DNA of 64,000 nucleotides from positions 1-64,000 of the IMG/VR virus record IMGVR_UViG_2636415703_000001; one strand, 5' to 3'. Each line of letters opens with the position of its first letter. The first letter of the stretch is position 1. The position numbers and the translations under genes are program-made. The notes below the pieces were generated by a model, which saw only the letters and a list, made by a program, of their open reading frames with translations, had not been told where the DNA came from and did not search any database. Below, piece by piece: positions 1 through 9,993 of this stretch. Origin of the DNA: a virus (Duplodnaviria; Caudoviricetes).

Positions 1-378
1 TTAATCTCCTGCCGGTCCGTTAAAACCAATCCCGGCCACATCGGTCAGGGCATAGGCAACTACACCCCAAACGGGTAAAGGCTGGCTTACATCGAGCAGG
101 ATAATAGTCTCGTCTGCGTCCAGCGCCTGGAGGGCGGGAACCGGATTAAGCAGCAGCCGCCTTAGCGTCAGCTCGCCGTCGAACTCAGCAACGATAAGCT
201 GGCCGTGTGCCGGTTTCAGGGCACGATCGATAGCCAGCACTGAGCCTTTGACAATTCCCGCGCCAGCGCAGTCGATTTCACTGCGCATCAGATAAGTTGA
301 GTAGGGGGAAAGATGCACCAGATCGCCCAGGTATAGGCGCGTTTCAGTGTAGTTCTGGGCGGGGCTCTGAAAGGCCAT
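1..378 (-). CDS. humD: UmuD'-like protein (HumD), S24 family, probably non-catalytic
   Basis: Starts MAFQSPAQNY, like the UmuD' N-terminus GFPSPAADY. Has IDRALKPAHG..VAEFDGELT and WGVV motifs; catalytic Ser/Lys positions read D/R. Confidence 0.8.
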   Translation of the reverse strand: MAFQSPAQNYTETRLYLGDLVHLSPYSTYLMRSEIDCAGAGIVKGSVLAIDRALKPAHGQLIVAEFDGELTLRRLLLNPVPALQALDADETIILLDVSQPLPVWGVVAYALTDVAGIGFNGPAGD

Positions 379-613
379 TGCTGTGCTCCATTCTGACTAG
401 CGTTTAATCACTCCTGCTTTAAGTATAAGGCGCGGCAGAGGGCAACGCGCGTTTCTGGCCAAAGCTATGGACAGGGGCATCGTAAAGTTTTAATTCTTTC
501 GGGCTGATGCTGGGTTTAAATGTTCCCCCACTCTGTTTACATTAGGTAATAAAGCAGTGTGTTTTTCAGGGCATGGAATACTATGGATATTCGACATAAA
601 CAGGGGAAGTAAA

Positions 614-901
614 ATGGCAGATTCTTTTTTCGACAATGAAGCATCAAAAATTCCTCCTACTGAGATTTTGGAGAGATTAGAAACTCTGTATGAAGATGGG
701 GCGATGAGTGAAATTGAACGTGGTATTTATCGCCAAATCAAAGAGAGAGGCCTCAGTAGCCTCTCAACGAATCAGAGTTGGCATTTTCATAATAAAATGA
801 TCCCGCAATGTGTTGAAAGATGTTCTTTTAAGGGATGTCCTCGGCCTGCCTATCCTGGTAAAGAGTATTGTGACATGCATAGCTTTGAGTACGGTCGCTA
901 G
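614..901 (+). CDS. Hypothetical protein with C-terminal Cys/His cluster (CSFKGC...YCDMH)
   Basis: AT-rich ORF; GGGGA SD before ATG at 614. Confidence 0.6.
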   Translation: MADSFFDNEASKIPPTEILERLETLYEDGAMSEIERGIYRQIKERGLSSLSTNQSWHFHNKMIPQCVERCSFKGCPRPAYPGKEYCDMHSFEYGR

Positions 902-943
902 GTCAAGGTGCTTAACTAATACTGAAGCAGATGAGGGGTTAAG

Positions 944-1267
944 ATGTATAACGATGTTGTTAAGGCTATGTCAGGAGCTAGGACGTTCGGCGAGCATATT
1001 AGTAAGTTACAATCAATATTGGATAATTCATCCTTTGAGCCACAGCTAGATTCAGCCATTCGGAAACTTATTAAACAATTGATGGACTATCAACAGCTTG
1101 CAATAAGTCAGAAGACTTCTAGTCAGAAGTTGCGACTAGACAATACTCAAATAGCGATATGCCAGCAGATATATGCTTACTGTCAGCAAAGGTCAGCCTC
1201 TAATGAACCTGCTTGGATGATTGCAGCCCGTAATGCAGGCTGGACTCCGCCCCAAACAAAATCTTGA
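944..1267 (+). CDS. Hypothetical protein
   Basis: AT-rich ORF with GAGGGG SD; followed by terminator. Confidence 0.6.
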   Translation: MYNDVVKAMSGARTFGEHISKLQSILDNSSFEPQLDSAIRKLIKQLMDYQQLAISQKTSSQKLRLDNTQIAICQQIYAYCQQRSASNEPAWMIAARNAGWTPPQTKS

Positions 1268-1298
1268 TGTATTTTTGTTCTAAGTGACCACAAGATAA

Positions 1299-1324
1299 TA
1301 AAAAGCCCCTATTAAGGGGCTTTA
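1299..1324. terminator. Bidirectional intrinsic terminator
   Basis: AAAAAGCCCCT-ATTA-AGGGGCTTT between convergent genes. Confidence 0.7.
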
Positions 1325-1454
1325 GAGCAACATTAATGGCACATCAGGCAAGAATAAATTATATACAAATTAAAAAATCCTTAGATTTGATCAATATTTT
1401 TGAGCGCCAATATGAAACATTTCCCCGGCTTTTTCCGGCAGGCCTTAACGCCTC

Positions 1455-2249
1455 TTATTCCGCTTTCTTCGGCGCATGCGCTGGCGCTGCGGCCACCAGC
1501 TCCGGCTCAGGCTGTGGGGTGTCGGTTTTCGCTTTTGCCATCAGGATAGTGCGCTGTAACTGCGCCTTCTCGATGGCTTCTTTCACTATATCTGCGTCCA
1601 GCCCGACAACTGCAAACCGGTCCAGGCCTTCCATTCGGAACAGGCTCGTTTCCGGCATTACTTCCTTCAGGAGTTTCTCGTTTTGAACCGTGACGTAAAA
1701 CAGCTGTGGCTCAGCCTCTGCACCGTCCGGGATAAACACGTAAGCATGCTGGCCAACGCCTAATGCCTGCAGGAACAGAATACTGACAGCAAGTGGCAAT
1801 GAGCCATGTGATACGCTGACAGGCTGCTGCTTACCAGTGAGGAAGCCGTGTCGTTCCACGTTATATGGCATGTACTGGCTAACCGTCTCAACGCGCCACA
1901 CGCCCGCCAGCGAACCGCCTACAAACGCCTCGCCGGTGACGTTCATCGGCATCTGCCGCATTAGCAGCTGCGCAAAACCATTATCCTGGGTTGGGGCCAG
2001 AGGTTGTGCGCCGGTTTTCTCGGTGATGGCTTTAGCCGCTTCCTGATAGCTGGTGGCGTCGTCTGGCAGTTCCTGCTGGTGCAGCAGCCAGAATCGCTCA
2101 TTCCCGTTCGTCCATACCGTCACACCTTCAACGTCCTGCGGTTCAAAGCCCAGCGCGGCCACCAGCGCAATCTCAAGGTCCTCCGGGCTGATTACGTTAT
2201 TCTCATCAACCTCAATGGCTGTGCTTTTACTGATAATGTATCTGGTCAT
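1455..2249 (-). CDS. Hypothetical phage protein
   Basis: 264-aa ORF co-oriented with dUTPase, AAGG SD. Confidence 0.7.
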   Translation of the reverse strand: MTRYIISKSTAIEVDENNVISPEDLEIALVAALGFEPQDVEGVTVWTNGNERFWLLHQQELPDDATSYQEAAKAITEKTGAQPLAPTQDNGFAQLLMRQMPMNVTGEAFVGGSLAGVWRVETVSQYMPYNVERHGFLTGKQQPVSVSHGSLPLAVSILFLQALGVGQHAYVFIPDGAEAEPQLFYVTVQNEKLLKEVMPETSLFRMEGLDRFAVVGLDADIVKEAIEKAQLQRTILMAKAKTDTPQPEPELVAAAPAHAPKKAE

Positions 2250-2258
2250 GATCGGGCC

Positions 2259-2840
2259 TTACTTACTGGTAGTTTTAGTGCTGGTGGTTTTGGTATCTGC
2301 GGCGTCGTCAACCGGCGCGGATTCCTGTGAGTCTGTTGCGGTTGTAGCCGCCGCGTCTTCGGTAGGGGACGGATCAGTCTGTACCGGCGTTGTAGAGCCA
2401 AACCCGCTATCGCCGCGGGCTGTTTCTGACAGCTGATCAACTTCTTTCCAGGTAACAGATTCCACTTTCTCAATGGTTGCCTGCGCAATGACCATGCCAG
2501 CCTTCGGCTCGATAAACTGACCGCCTTCATCAGCAATCATGCGTAGCTTAATCTCGCCGCGATAATCGCTGTCGATGATGGCCACGTTGTTCGCCAGGCG
2601 CAGGAAGTTATTCACCGCCAGTCCGGAACGGGCATAAATTTTCATGCAATAGCCTGGCGGGATCTCCACGGCCAGTCCGGTCGTAATCCACCATGCACGC
2701 GGCTGGCGCGCAGCTCCAGACGTCTGCACAACGTTAAGTTTTGCGTCCAGGGCGGTGATATCCCACGCTGCAGCGCCGTCCGAACCACGGAACGGCAGTA
2801 CGGCGTCAGGAGTGAGGCGTTTGATCTTAACTTGTGGCAT
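2259..2840 (-). CDS. dut: Trimeric dUTPase with Thr/Asp-rich C-terminal tail
   Basis: Motifs AAAWDI, RSGLA, IIDSDYRGEI, IAQ, TARGDSGFGST; start MPQVKIK at 2840 with GGAG SD. Confidence 0.93.
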   Translation of the reverse strand: MPQVKIKRLTPDAVLPFRGSDGAAAWDITALDAKLNVVQTSGAARQPRAWWITTGLAVEIPPGYCMKIYARSGLAVNNFLRLANNVAIIDSDYRGEIKLRMIADEGGQFIEPKAGMVIAQATIEKVESVTWKEVDQLSETARGDSGFGSTTPVQTDPSPTEDAAATTATDSQESAPVDDAADTKTTSTKTTSK

Positions 2841-3318
2841 GGTTTTTCTCCGGTGATTTAAAGGTGTAGTGGCGGCGCTTGCGGACAGAGTTTTCATAGA
2901 GAGGGACGTCTGTGTAATCCACCAGCCCGCGCTCGATGAGTTTTTTAACGGCCTGCAGGAAAAGGGAATGGCTTACGTCAAACTCCTGGCGGACCTTCCT
3001 GGCGGTAATGTAAGGGCGCTTATCGAGCAGCATCAGAATGCACTCTTCGGTTTTCCCCATTTTCAGCGGCGTCAGCTTGGCTGCATAAGCTGGTGACACT
3101 GCCAAGATGTACTCGTTATCAATGGATCGGGTGATCAGACCATTTTTCTGTAGGTCCAACAGCGTTCCCCGAATGACGTGGGTAGACGTGTCGGGCAGGG
3201 CGCGAGTAAAACGCCGGCGCGTGGCAATTCGTTCATCTTTCAGCAGCAGCAGTACGGCTGAGGCCGTCTCCGGATACCGGGCGCGGAAAATTTTAAGTTT
3301 TGGTAAAAGGTGCTTCAA
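2827..3318 (-). CDS. Putative tandem winged-HTH DNA-binding protein
   Basis: Two repeats ending LQKNGLI and LIERGLV, typical of wHTH. Confidence 0.55.
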   Translation of the reverse strand: MKHLLPKLKIFRARYPETASAVLLLLKDERIATRRRFTRALPDTSTHVIRGTLLDLQKNGLITRSIDNEYILAVSPAYAAKLTPLKMGKTEECILMLLDKRPYITARKVRQEFDVSHSLFLQAVKKLIERGLVDYTDVPLYENSVRKRRHYTFKSPEKNHATS

Positions 3319-3386
3319 AGTTCTGTTATCCTTCCCATTGGTTTATTTCGATACCTACATCCAGTGGTTGACGTGTAAGCCAGAAC

Positions 3387-3422
3387 GGAAGAAGGGAGCC
3401 AGCGATGGCTCCCTTTTTCTTT
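3387..3422. terminator. Intrinsic terminator-like hairpin
   Basis: AAGGGAGCCA-GCGA-TGGCTCCCTTTTT. Confidence 0.55.
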
Positions 3423-3879
3423 AGTCCTGCGTCCACTTCTCGCCCGTATCCACGCACACCACGCCATGACACACGCGGCCCTGATCCAGTCTGTACGCCA
3501 TACCGCCCAGCTTTAAACGTCTGCGGCAATGCTGCGCGCCTGACAGGTAGGCATGCGCGACGGGTGAATCAATCGCGCCTTCCTCGGTACTCTGACCGTC
3601 CTCAGCATCGGCATAGCCCCGCGCAAATTCACTCAGCATTTCGCGCCGGTCCTCAAAGCGGATTGTGTCGCCGTGGTCCGGATCACGGACATACTCAATC
3701 GCGCCGTATTTCGCCAGCGTGGCGACAGTTTTAGGGTGCCTGAATATTTCCTCGCCCCAGTATTGTCCGGTGCAGGAATCGACGTAAGAGCCGCTGGAGT
3801 AGGTGCCAATTGGTGTTGTGACGTCATGAGCCATAGCCACTGCCACGAAGAAGTTAACGACGTTGCCGGTGACAGACAT
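3421..3879 (-). CDS. Hypothetical phage protein
   Basis: 152-aa ORF coupled to upstream ORF by TAATG overlap. Confidence 0.65.
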   Translation of the reverse strand: MSVTGNVVNFFVAVAMAHDVTTPIGTYSSGSYVDSCTGQYWGEEIFRHPKTVATLAKYGAIEYVRDPDHGDTIRFEDRREMLSEFARGYADAEDGQSTEEGAIDSPVAHAYLSGAQHCRRRLKLGGMAYRLDQGRVCHGVVCVDTGEKWTQD

Positions 3880-4223
3880 TATTTCCCCGCAAAGAGCCGT
3901 TCACGGCTACTTAAGGTGTTGGTTTCTGGCCGGGTAAATGCGCGGTCCACCAGCCTGACAACGGCGGAAAATTCGCTTCTGAAATACTCCAGTAGCTTAT
4001 TTGCAGCGCGGTCAGTGATGTTTTCCACGTAGTAGCAGGCACTGTATTGGTCGATCCTGGACTTTTCGAGGGTCAGCAGCGGGGCGGCTTCTGACAACGT
4101 AGACACGCCATATTCCACCAGTGCCAATCCGCCGCGCTCGATGGCGGTGAAGGTCAGCTGGTGGCCGTCAATGGTGAACGTTCGTGTCAGTAAGATTTGT
4201 TGTCTGGCCATCGGTATTCGCAA
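3879..4223 (-). CDS. Hypothetical phage protein (start possibly 4211)
   Basis: ORF downstream of cre, preceded by an operator-like motif. Confidence 0.6.
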   Translation of the reverse strand: MRIPMARQQILLTRTFTIDGHQLTFTAIERGGLALVEYGVSTLSEAAPLLTLEKSRIDQYSACYYVENITDRAANKLLEYFRSEFSAVVRLVDRAFTRPETNTLSSRERLFAGK

Positions 4224-4304
4224 GATGCGGGATGGCCTGAATTGTGGGGGATAAATGATGGCGTTACAATTATTATTTTTTTAGATTTAAATAAATCTAT
4301 TCCT

Positions 4305-5336
4305 CTATTCTCCGTCCAGTATTCCTGACATTTTTCCTTTCTGACTTTCAGAGCGGCGAAGGTAACGCATTACCGTTTTTGGATCCTGCCAGGTGCCTTC
4401 CTGCATGATTTGAGTAATTGTCGCGTCACGCTCGGCCATGTCCATCGCGGCACCCACGCGGGCGCTATGACCTGACCACTTGCTGTAGCGGCCTTTGTTG
4501 TCCTGTACCGGGTCTTTACCCAGCAGATCCCAAGCGTCCTTGAAAATCTTCTCGGTCGCCGGTGCCGACATTGGCTTTTCAGACACCCCAGCTGTGTTGT
4601 TATGGCGGACAGGCCCGAAAACCATCGCGTCCGGATGATGAATCAGCCCGGAAAGGTCCAGCCAGTGCAGTAGATGACCCGCAGCAGCGCGGCTAAGGTG
4701 CTTTATGACGCCCGCGGCCGTCACCATTGTTTTGGTATGGGACAGGTTGATCACCACATGGCCACTGTCGCTGATATCCAGGTCACGCACCCGGATGCGG
4801 CTGAGTTCAGACATACGGCACAGGGTGTTATAGGCGATAAACAGGAATGCCAGGTTGCGCTGATCGGTCAGCCGGTCGGAGCGGCCCATGAGGTGCGAAA
4901 GCAGCTGCAGGTCTGGCAGACGGAACGGCACAGCTTGGCCGGTGCGTTCACCCTGTAAAACTGCCTCGCGCCGGATGCGCTTCATGGAGCGCTTCAGATC
5001 CACGCTTCCCCGGAGGTCCGGCAGGCCACTTTCCCGGCACAGCATGTTCATCATGGCGTAGTGCTTGTCGATGGTGCTCGATGCCAGGCCGCTTTCTGCC
5101 ATATCCAGGAAGTACTCCCGCGCCAGTTCCGGGTCGATCGGCAGATAGCCTACGTCACGCTCGTTACACCAGAAGGCCCAGCGCCGGATTACGGATAACA
5201 GGTCGCGAAAAGTATTCTCGGAATAAGCGGCCTTATCTGCGATGAAACGGCGCAGATTATTAGCAATATCTTCCGGCGTTAATTGCGTTAATTCTGCCGG
5301 GAGTGCGCCGGTCTTTATTTGAGCCAGACTTTTCAT
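4305..5336 (-). CDS. cre: Cre-family tyrosine recombinase (Dre/Panto-like)
   Basis: 343 aa. Catalytic R (LCRMSEL), K (HTKT), HxxR (GHSARVG), W (GTW), Y (MRY); YSENTFRDL and GQAVPF match Cre. Confidence 0.95.
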   Translation of the reverse strand: MKSLAQIKTGALPAELTQLTPEDIANNLRRFIADKAAYSENTFRDLLSVIRRWAFWCNERDVGYLPIDPELAREYFLDMAESGLASSTIDKHYAMMNMLCRESGLPDLRGSVDLKRSMKRIRREAVLQGERTGQAVPFRLPDLQLLSHLMGRSDRLTDQRNLAFLFIAYNTLCRMSELSRIRVRDLDISDSGHVVINLSHTKTMVTAAGVIKHLSRAAAGHLLHWLDLSGLIHHPDAMVFGPVRHNNTAGVSEKPMSAPATEKIFKDAWDLLGKDPVQDNKGRYSKWSGHSARVGAAMDMAERDATITQIMQEGTWQDPKTVMRYLRRSESQKGKMSGILDGE

Positions 5337-5477
5337 TTATATATTTCACCTCAAAACTGAGAGACAACGCTACGCAAAATCTATGAAAAACGCAGGGGTG
5401 CTGTACGTCAGATTTCACGTAGCGACGCCTAATCCAAAAGTGCCTACAAAACGACCACTAAGCCACCGGCAAAGGCG

Positions 5478-5510
5478 ATCTGATCATTTGATCATCAACC
5501 ACTGATCAAG
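5478..5510. promoter_or_regulatory. GATC cluster upstream of cre (possible Dam-sensitive promoter)
   Basis: Four GATC in about 32 bp; a P1 cre promoter is Dam-sensitive. Confidence 0.4.
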
Positions 5511-5526
5511 CATACATGAAACATGG

Positions 5527-5560
5527 CAAACTTTATATAACACTTATTATTTAAAGTTTC
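5527..5560 (-). other. lox-type recombination site (rox/pox-like)
   Basis: Minus strand GAAACTTTAAATA-ATAAGTGT-TATATAAAGTTTG: 13-bp imperfect inverted arms, 8-bp spacer, 190 bp upstream of cre. Confidence 0.85.
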
Positions 5561-5947
5561 ATTTTTCGGCACTAAATGGGCGGGTGCTACCTTTGAGAGC
5601 AGATAAATCGAAAAATTTTAAAATTCCTTACGTGAATGTTGATGATCGGTTGACGGCCTTAATATATGATCAATTGGCATTCAAGTTGATTGCTAACGGT
5701 AACTATTATCAGTAGGCACTATCGGTCATAGCCCATTGCACCTGACAGTAGTTACACAATCCTGAACACACAGCTTCGTTAATAAGCGTGTACAGCAGAA
5801 ATATCTGACAGATGCACAATGCAGACTAATCTTATTATTGCAATTCTAAGGAGAGTTGATTTTACATGCCTAATGTTTCTGTCTATATTCGCCTGCATTA
5901 AGTCCAGAGAGACTGATACCGCTCATTAATATTTTTTGGATACGATT

Positions 5948-7027
5948 ATGCCTAACTTCAGCGATGTAGAATTTGAGAAGCGCTATAAACATTTTCTACA
6001 GGTACAAACCGAGTGGCTGGCTCTCATCACGGACAACCTGATTTTTATTGATAAAAACGCCCTGGGTGAAGAATGCCGCCCGATCGGTTTTATCACTGAC
6101 AAGAAGACCTTTCAGCGCGCTGAACATCTACTGGCCGACTGGCAAAGTTTTGCTGACCTGGCGGAACAGAAACGCCAGGAGCGTTCCATCGCCATTACCA
6201 CGAACCTTTATCTGCCAGTGCCGACCCTGATCGTGGATCCGAAGCACGTTACTATTAACCGCTTCCGTGCCACGGCCACCGCGAACCATACCCGCGAAGA
6301 TATCCTGAAGCGCTACGAGAAGCAGATCGGCAAGCTGCGTAAAGTTCCGTTCGCAGCCGGTGCAATCATGTCACTGGAAGATGAAAAGAAAGCCTTTGAA
6401 GAGGCCGCGCCTGGCGCAATGTACCGCGCCCGGACCAGCAACTACTCTGATATTCAGGTGACTGCGCGCTATACCGACGATAAGAAAGACGAGGGTGAAT
6501 CCTTCCGTTACGGCGCACACGGCATGCTGATCTATGGCGAGAACCTTAATAAAGAGCGCGATATTAAGCTGAATGTAAACAGCAATGGCGGTTACACGTC
6601 CTCTTATGATGTTATCTCACCGGTTGCATGTTCAGTACTGCCGAATGCCAAGCTGTACACGATGGAAGACGTGGAATACAGCAAAAATCTGGCCGCGCAG
6701 CGTTCATCAGTAGCGTACACCGTGAACACGCGCCGGTCTCAGTTTGAGACCAGGGCAAAAGCGAAGATTGCAAAGGCAAAGGACTCGCAGGAAGCCCGTC
6801 TGTTCAAGGCCGAAATTGATGAAAACCGCGATCTGCTGGAAAAACTGGAGGCATACGACTGGGCGCTCCTGGAGAAGAAAGTGGCCGCTGGAGATACAGA
6901 GCAGCTGACCATGCCAGAGATCCGCAAGCGCTATGGCGGTGAAGAACCACGCGCCGGTAAGAATATGCGCAACATGTACAGCCTGCTGCGCGAGTTAGAG
7001 AGTAACCTGAAAAATCAGGGCAAATAA
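5948..7027 (+). CDS. c1: C1-like primary repressor
   Basis: Between pacB and lox, as in P1. Segments LYLPVPTLI and SYDVISPVACSVLPNAKLYTMEDVE match recalled P1 C1. Confidence 0.8.
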   Translation: MPNFSDVEFEKRYKHFLQVQTEWLALITDNLIFIDKNALGEECRPIGFITDKKTFQRAEHLLADWQSFADLAEQKRQERSIAITTNLYLPVPTLIVDPKHVTINRFRATATANHTREDILKRYEKQIGKLRKVPFAAGAIMSLEDEKKAFEEAAPGAMYRARTSNYSDIQVTARYTDDKKDEGESFRYGAHGMLIYGENLNKERDIKLNVNSNGGYTSSYDVISPVACSVLPNAKLYTMEDVEYSKNLAAQRSSVAYTVNTRRSQFETRAKAKIAKAKDSQEARLFKAEIDENRDLLEKLEAYDWALLEKKVAAGDTEQLTMPEIRKRYGGEEPRAGKNMRNMYSLLRELESNLKNQGK

Positions 7028-7060
7028 CAGTCGGTATTCTGCCACCAGCAGGTAAAACAG

Positions 7061-7085
7061 AAGGGCGCATAAGCGCCCTTTTTTA
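7061..7085. terminator. Intrinsic terminator between c1 and pacB
   Basis: AAGGGCGC-ATAA-GCGCCCTTTTTT. Confidence 0.75.
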
Positions 7086-7153
7086 TGCCCGTAAATCAGC
7101 CACTTTGACTAATTCTCATTCGTTTACTGACTACAGTGGTTGCCTGCTGGTGG

Positions 7154-8665
7154 TCAGGCCAGCAGCGCATCCAGTTCCGATAGTTCATCCAGTTTGCTCT
7201 GCGTGAAGTCGGCCATATCTTCGCTCAGTTCGGCTTCTGCCGGACGGTAGCCGATCAGGAAAATGAAGCAATAAGTATCCCAGCGGTCAGGCGACTTGAT
7301 ATTGAGCTTTTGGCGCATCTGCGGCTTCGGCACCATCATGATCCGTCCCATTTCATCCATGAAGTACGGAATCTTTGAGGCCTGCTCTGCGGTATGCTGT
7401 GACATATCAATGCGCATCCTGCCCGATCTGATCGCGTCAGCGGCCATAATATTCGCCCAGGCGCGCTGGTTCTTGAATCGCTCCCTCACCTTCTTACTGA
7501 ATGGCGGCTGGCCCCAGCGAATACTGACTGCGTTCACTCCCCGGCGCTCCAGCTGCTTAAGCGTACCTGAACCCACGCCGTCACCATCCACAGCAATGGT
7601 GATGCCCGGATATCGCTCCTGCGTGCATTCATTGGCGATATAGTCACCGAACGATATTGGGTCCATTGTGCCGGGCATTTCCAGCATCTTAAACGACACG
7701 ACGCGGCGCGCATCGCCGTACCCGGATACCTTGCAGATGTTGAGGATAGATTTATCGCGCCCGTTACCGACGTCGGCGGTGGCCACCCATCCCCAGCCCT
7801 TCTCCAGATACACTTTCCGGCGCGCTGCGCGATCGCACTCGTCACGCCCCAGCAGATAGCCGCTGACGTTGCGCGGGAAGCGTCCCAACACCTTCACCAT
7901 ATATTCCAGCGAGTCGCGCCCGCCGTACTCCACCAGCTTTTCACGGATGAATTTCAGGGTAACGTGCGGCGCTTCCTCGGAATTGAGCACGATGGCATTC
8001 CAGAAGCCATTAGGGTTATCCGGGTGTCTGGCTAACGAATGGTGCGAGTCATAGAAGTAACCACTGGGGCGAGTAGGCTGCGACATCATCAGCATGCGGT
8101 TATCTTCTTCTGTCAGCGCACCGCGCATGATTGCGATCGCTTTATCAGAGATACCCGATGCCTCATCGAGAATCAGCAGGATGTGCGCAGCGTGCTCACC
8201 CGCCAGCGCTTCCTCGTTACCCAGGCGATAGCCTTTACAGAGCACCTCCCAGATGCCCTTACGCGACTTCTCATAAAACATGGTGTCGGTCAGGGTGAAG
8301 TAGTTCTGAAGCCACGGATGTCGTCTGGCGGCGTTCGCCCAGTAAGTTTTGACGTACTTGAATACGCCGGTCTTTACCTGCCCGATTTTGTTGGCCACGA
8401 TAATTACGCGGGCATCCGGATACATAATCATATAGATCAGCAGCATCATGGCCGTCAGAGAGGATTTACCCGTACCGTGTCCGGACGTCACGGTTGTCTG
8501 GCTCCCCGTCTCCTGCACGGAGTTCATGATCTCTTCCTGCTGCCAGGTGGGGATCATGCCAAACAACTCAACGACGGCCAGCGCCCAGTTATAGCGGTAA
8601 CGGATAACCATATCTCGCCAGCGCGGGTCTGTTGTGACGCTCTTTATGCGCTTCTTACCACTCAT
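7154..8665 (-). CDS. pacB: Terminase large subunit
   Basis: Walker A SGHGTGKS, Walker B LILDEASG, nuclease ADVG and KSPDRWD. Confidence 0.95.
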   Translation of the reverse strand: MSGKKRIKSVTTDPRWRDMVIRYRYNWALAVVELFGMIPTWQQEEIMNSVQETGSQTTVTSGHGTGKSSLTAMMLLIYMIMYPDARVIIVANKIGQVKTGVFKYVKTYWANAARRHPWLQNYFTLTDTMFYEKSRKGIWEVLCKGYRLGNEEALAGEHAAHILLILDEASGISDKAIAIMRGALTEEDNRMLMMSQPTRPSGYFYDSHHSLARHPDNPNGFWNAIVLNSEEAPHVTLKFIREKLVEYGGRDSLEYMVKVLGRFPRNVSGYLLGRDECDRAARRKVYLEKGWGWVATADVGNGRDKSILNICKVSGYGDARRVVSFKMLEMPGTMDPISFGDYIANECTQERYPGITIAVDGDGVGSGTLKQLERRGVNAVSIRWGQPPFSKKVRERFKNQRAWANIMAADAIRSGRMRIDMSQHTAEQASKIPYFMDEMGRIMMVPKPQMRQKLNIKSPDRWDTYCFIFLIGYRPAEAELSEDMADFTQSKLDELSELDALLA

Positions 8666-9939
8666 CAGGCGTCATCCTCACCAGGTATGACGTCTATCTG
8701 AGGTATATCGTCGTCATCGTCGCCGTAAAGATCCGCCGTGGCCATAAAGTCAAAGTTGCCAGTGAGATTGCCCTCACCCGCTGTTTCGCCGGCGCGGTTC
8801 TCACCGTCCGCCTGCACGTCACCAAATCCGCCGCCATCCACCAGCGCCGCGACCGCTGCGCGCCGTTCCTCAACAAAGGCCGCGCTGGTGGCCTGCTGTT
8901 CGCGGAACTTCCGCGCATCCCGGTCCAGCTGCTCTTCACTGACCGCCCCGGATTCATCAACTGGTGGCTCGGCGTTCTTGAGCTCGTTCTCAAGGCGTCG
9001 GGACAGCGACTCCGGCAGCTTTATGCCATGCCGCTCGATGTACTCGGCCGTCTCCAGTAAGTCCCAGTCATTTTCCTCGCGCAGCTGGTAGGCACGGCTA
9101 ATCACCTCGCCGGCGTTGTGCGTCAGAGCATGCTTCTCATTATCGCGCCGGTTCTTATCGGTGCCGCTGGCGATCGCCGCCACCCGCGTAGCGTGGTCGT
9201 TGACCAGATAACCAACCTCGATCATCAGCTTGGTCATCTTCAGGAGGGGGTGCGGCCCGCCGCCGCCCTCGTCGTCACCCTTTTTGCCGCCGTTTTCCAG
9301 GTTGCTGGCTTCCAGCTCAAATAGCTCGACCGCCCGCGCCGTAGTACGCTTCAGCAGGTCCATGTGGGCCAGCGAGTCAAACAGCACTGTTATGGCACTG
9401 GCTTCCACGCCCTCGCCCAGCACCTCTAAAGCCGATTCGTAATCCTCCGGCCGCGGGTAGCCGCGCCGGTTTGCCACCAGCTTAGTTTCATGGCCTTCTT
9501 CAAACGGTTTGCCCTCTCCGCGAGGCTTCGGGATGTGCTTCGGGCGCCCGGAATCCTGATCACCAGCATTTATGATCTTTTTGGCATGTGAAGCATTGGG
9601 CTTTTTCTTCGCGCCAGGCTGCGCTGCTGCGTCAGCGCGTGGTTCCAGCACTCCCTCTAAAGCCGCGCTGTGCCTGACTTTGCGCCCATTCCTGCGGATG
9701 ATCAGGTCTTCTCTGCTGGCGTGATCATTGTGATGATCAGAAGCGTGATCACTGGAATGATCATGATTGTGATCACCGGCCTGATCTCGCATTGCGGCCA
9801 GCGCTTTGCCGTTCAGCTCTCGGCGTGCGGTGTTAAACGGCAGACCGTAGTGCTCACAGTACTCTTTGACGGTTATCCCGTTCTGCGCCTTCTGCTCGAT
9901 GAAGGCTTTTCTGTGGTCATCCCAGTTAACTTTGGACAT
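8665..9939 (-). CDS. pacA: Terminase small (pac-recognition) subunit
   Basis: Upstream of pacB; N-terminal HTH; DH repeats encoded by TGATCA array. Confidence 0.88.
   Translation of the reverse strand: MSKVNWDDHRKAFIEQKAQNGITVKEYCEHYGLPFNTARRELNGKALAAMRDQAGDHNHDHSSDHASDHHNDHASREDLIIRRNGRKVRHSAALEGVLEPRADAAAQPGAKKKPNASHAKKIINAGDQDSGRPKHIPKPRGEGKPFEEGHETKLVANRRGYPRPEDYESALEVLGEGVEASAITVLFDSLAHMDLLKRTTARAVELFELEASNLENGGKKGDDEGGGGPHPLLKMTKLMIEVGYLVNDHATRVAAIASGTDKNRRDNEKHALTHNAGEVISRAYQLREENDWDLLETAEYIERHGIKLPESLSRRLENELKNAEPPVDESGAVSEEQLDRDARKFREQQATSAAFVEERRAAVAALVDGGGFGDVQADGENRAGETAGEGNLTGNFDFMATADLYGDDDDDIPQIDVIPGEDDA
9699..9787. repeat. pac site hexamer array
   Basis: TGATCA at 9699, 9722, 9734, 9746, 9758, 9770 and TGATCT at 9782 (12-bp period) inside pacA, as for P1 pac. 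Confidence 0.8.
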
Positions 9940-9972
9940 GGTTTATCGTTCAAAAGAGGCCAATAAACCAGG

Positions 9973-9993
9973 ATGGTATGGAGTCTGTAATTT
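9973..9993 (-). promoter_or_regulatory. Putative late promoter of pacAB
   Basis: AAATTACA-GACTCCA-TACCAT; same motif upstream of five other late operons. Confidence 0.7.

Noticed and set aside
5368-5424. 15-bp imperfect inverted repeat upstream of cre
   Set aside because: Spacer too long for a lox site and a better site exists at 5527; function unsupported
5560-5935. coi (C1 inactivator) gene
   Set aside because: No convincing ORF with SD found upstream of c1
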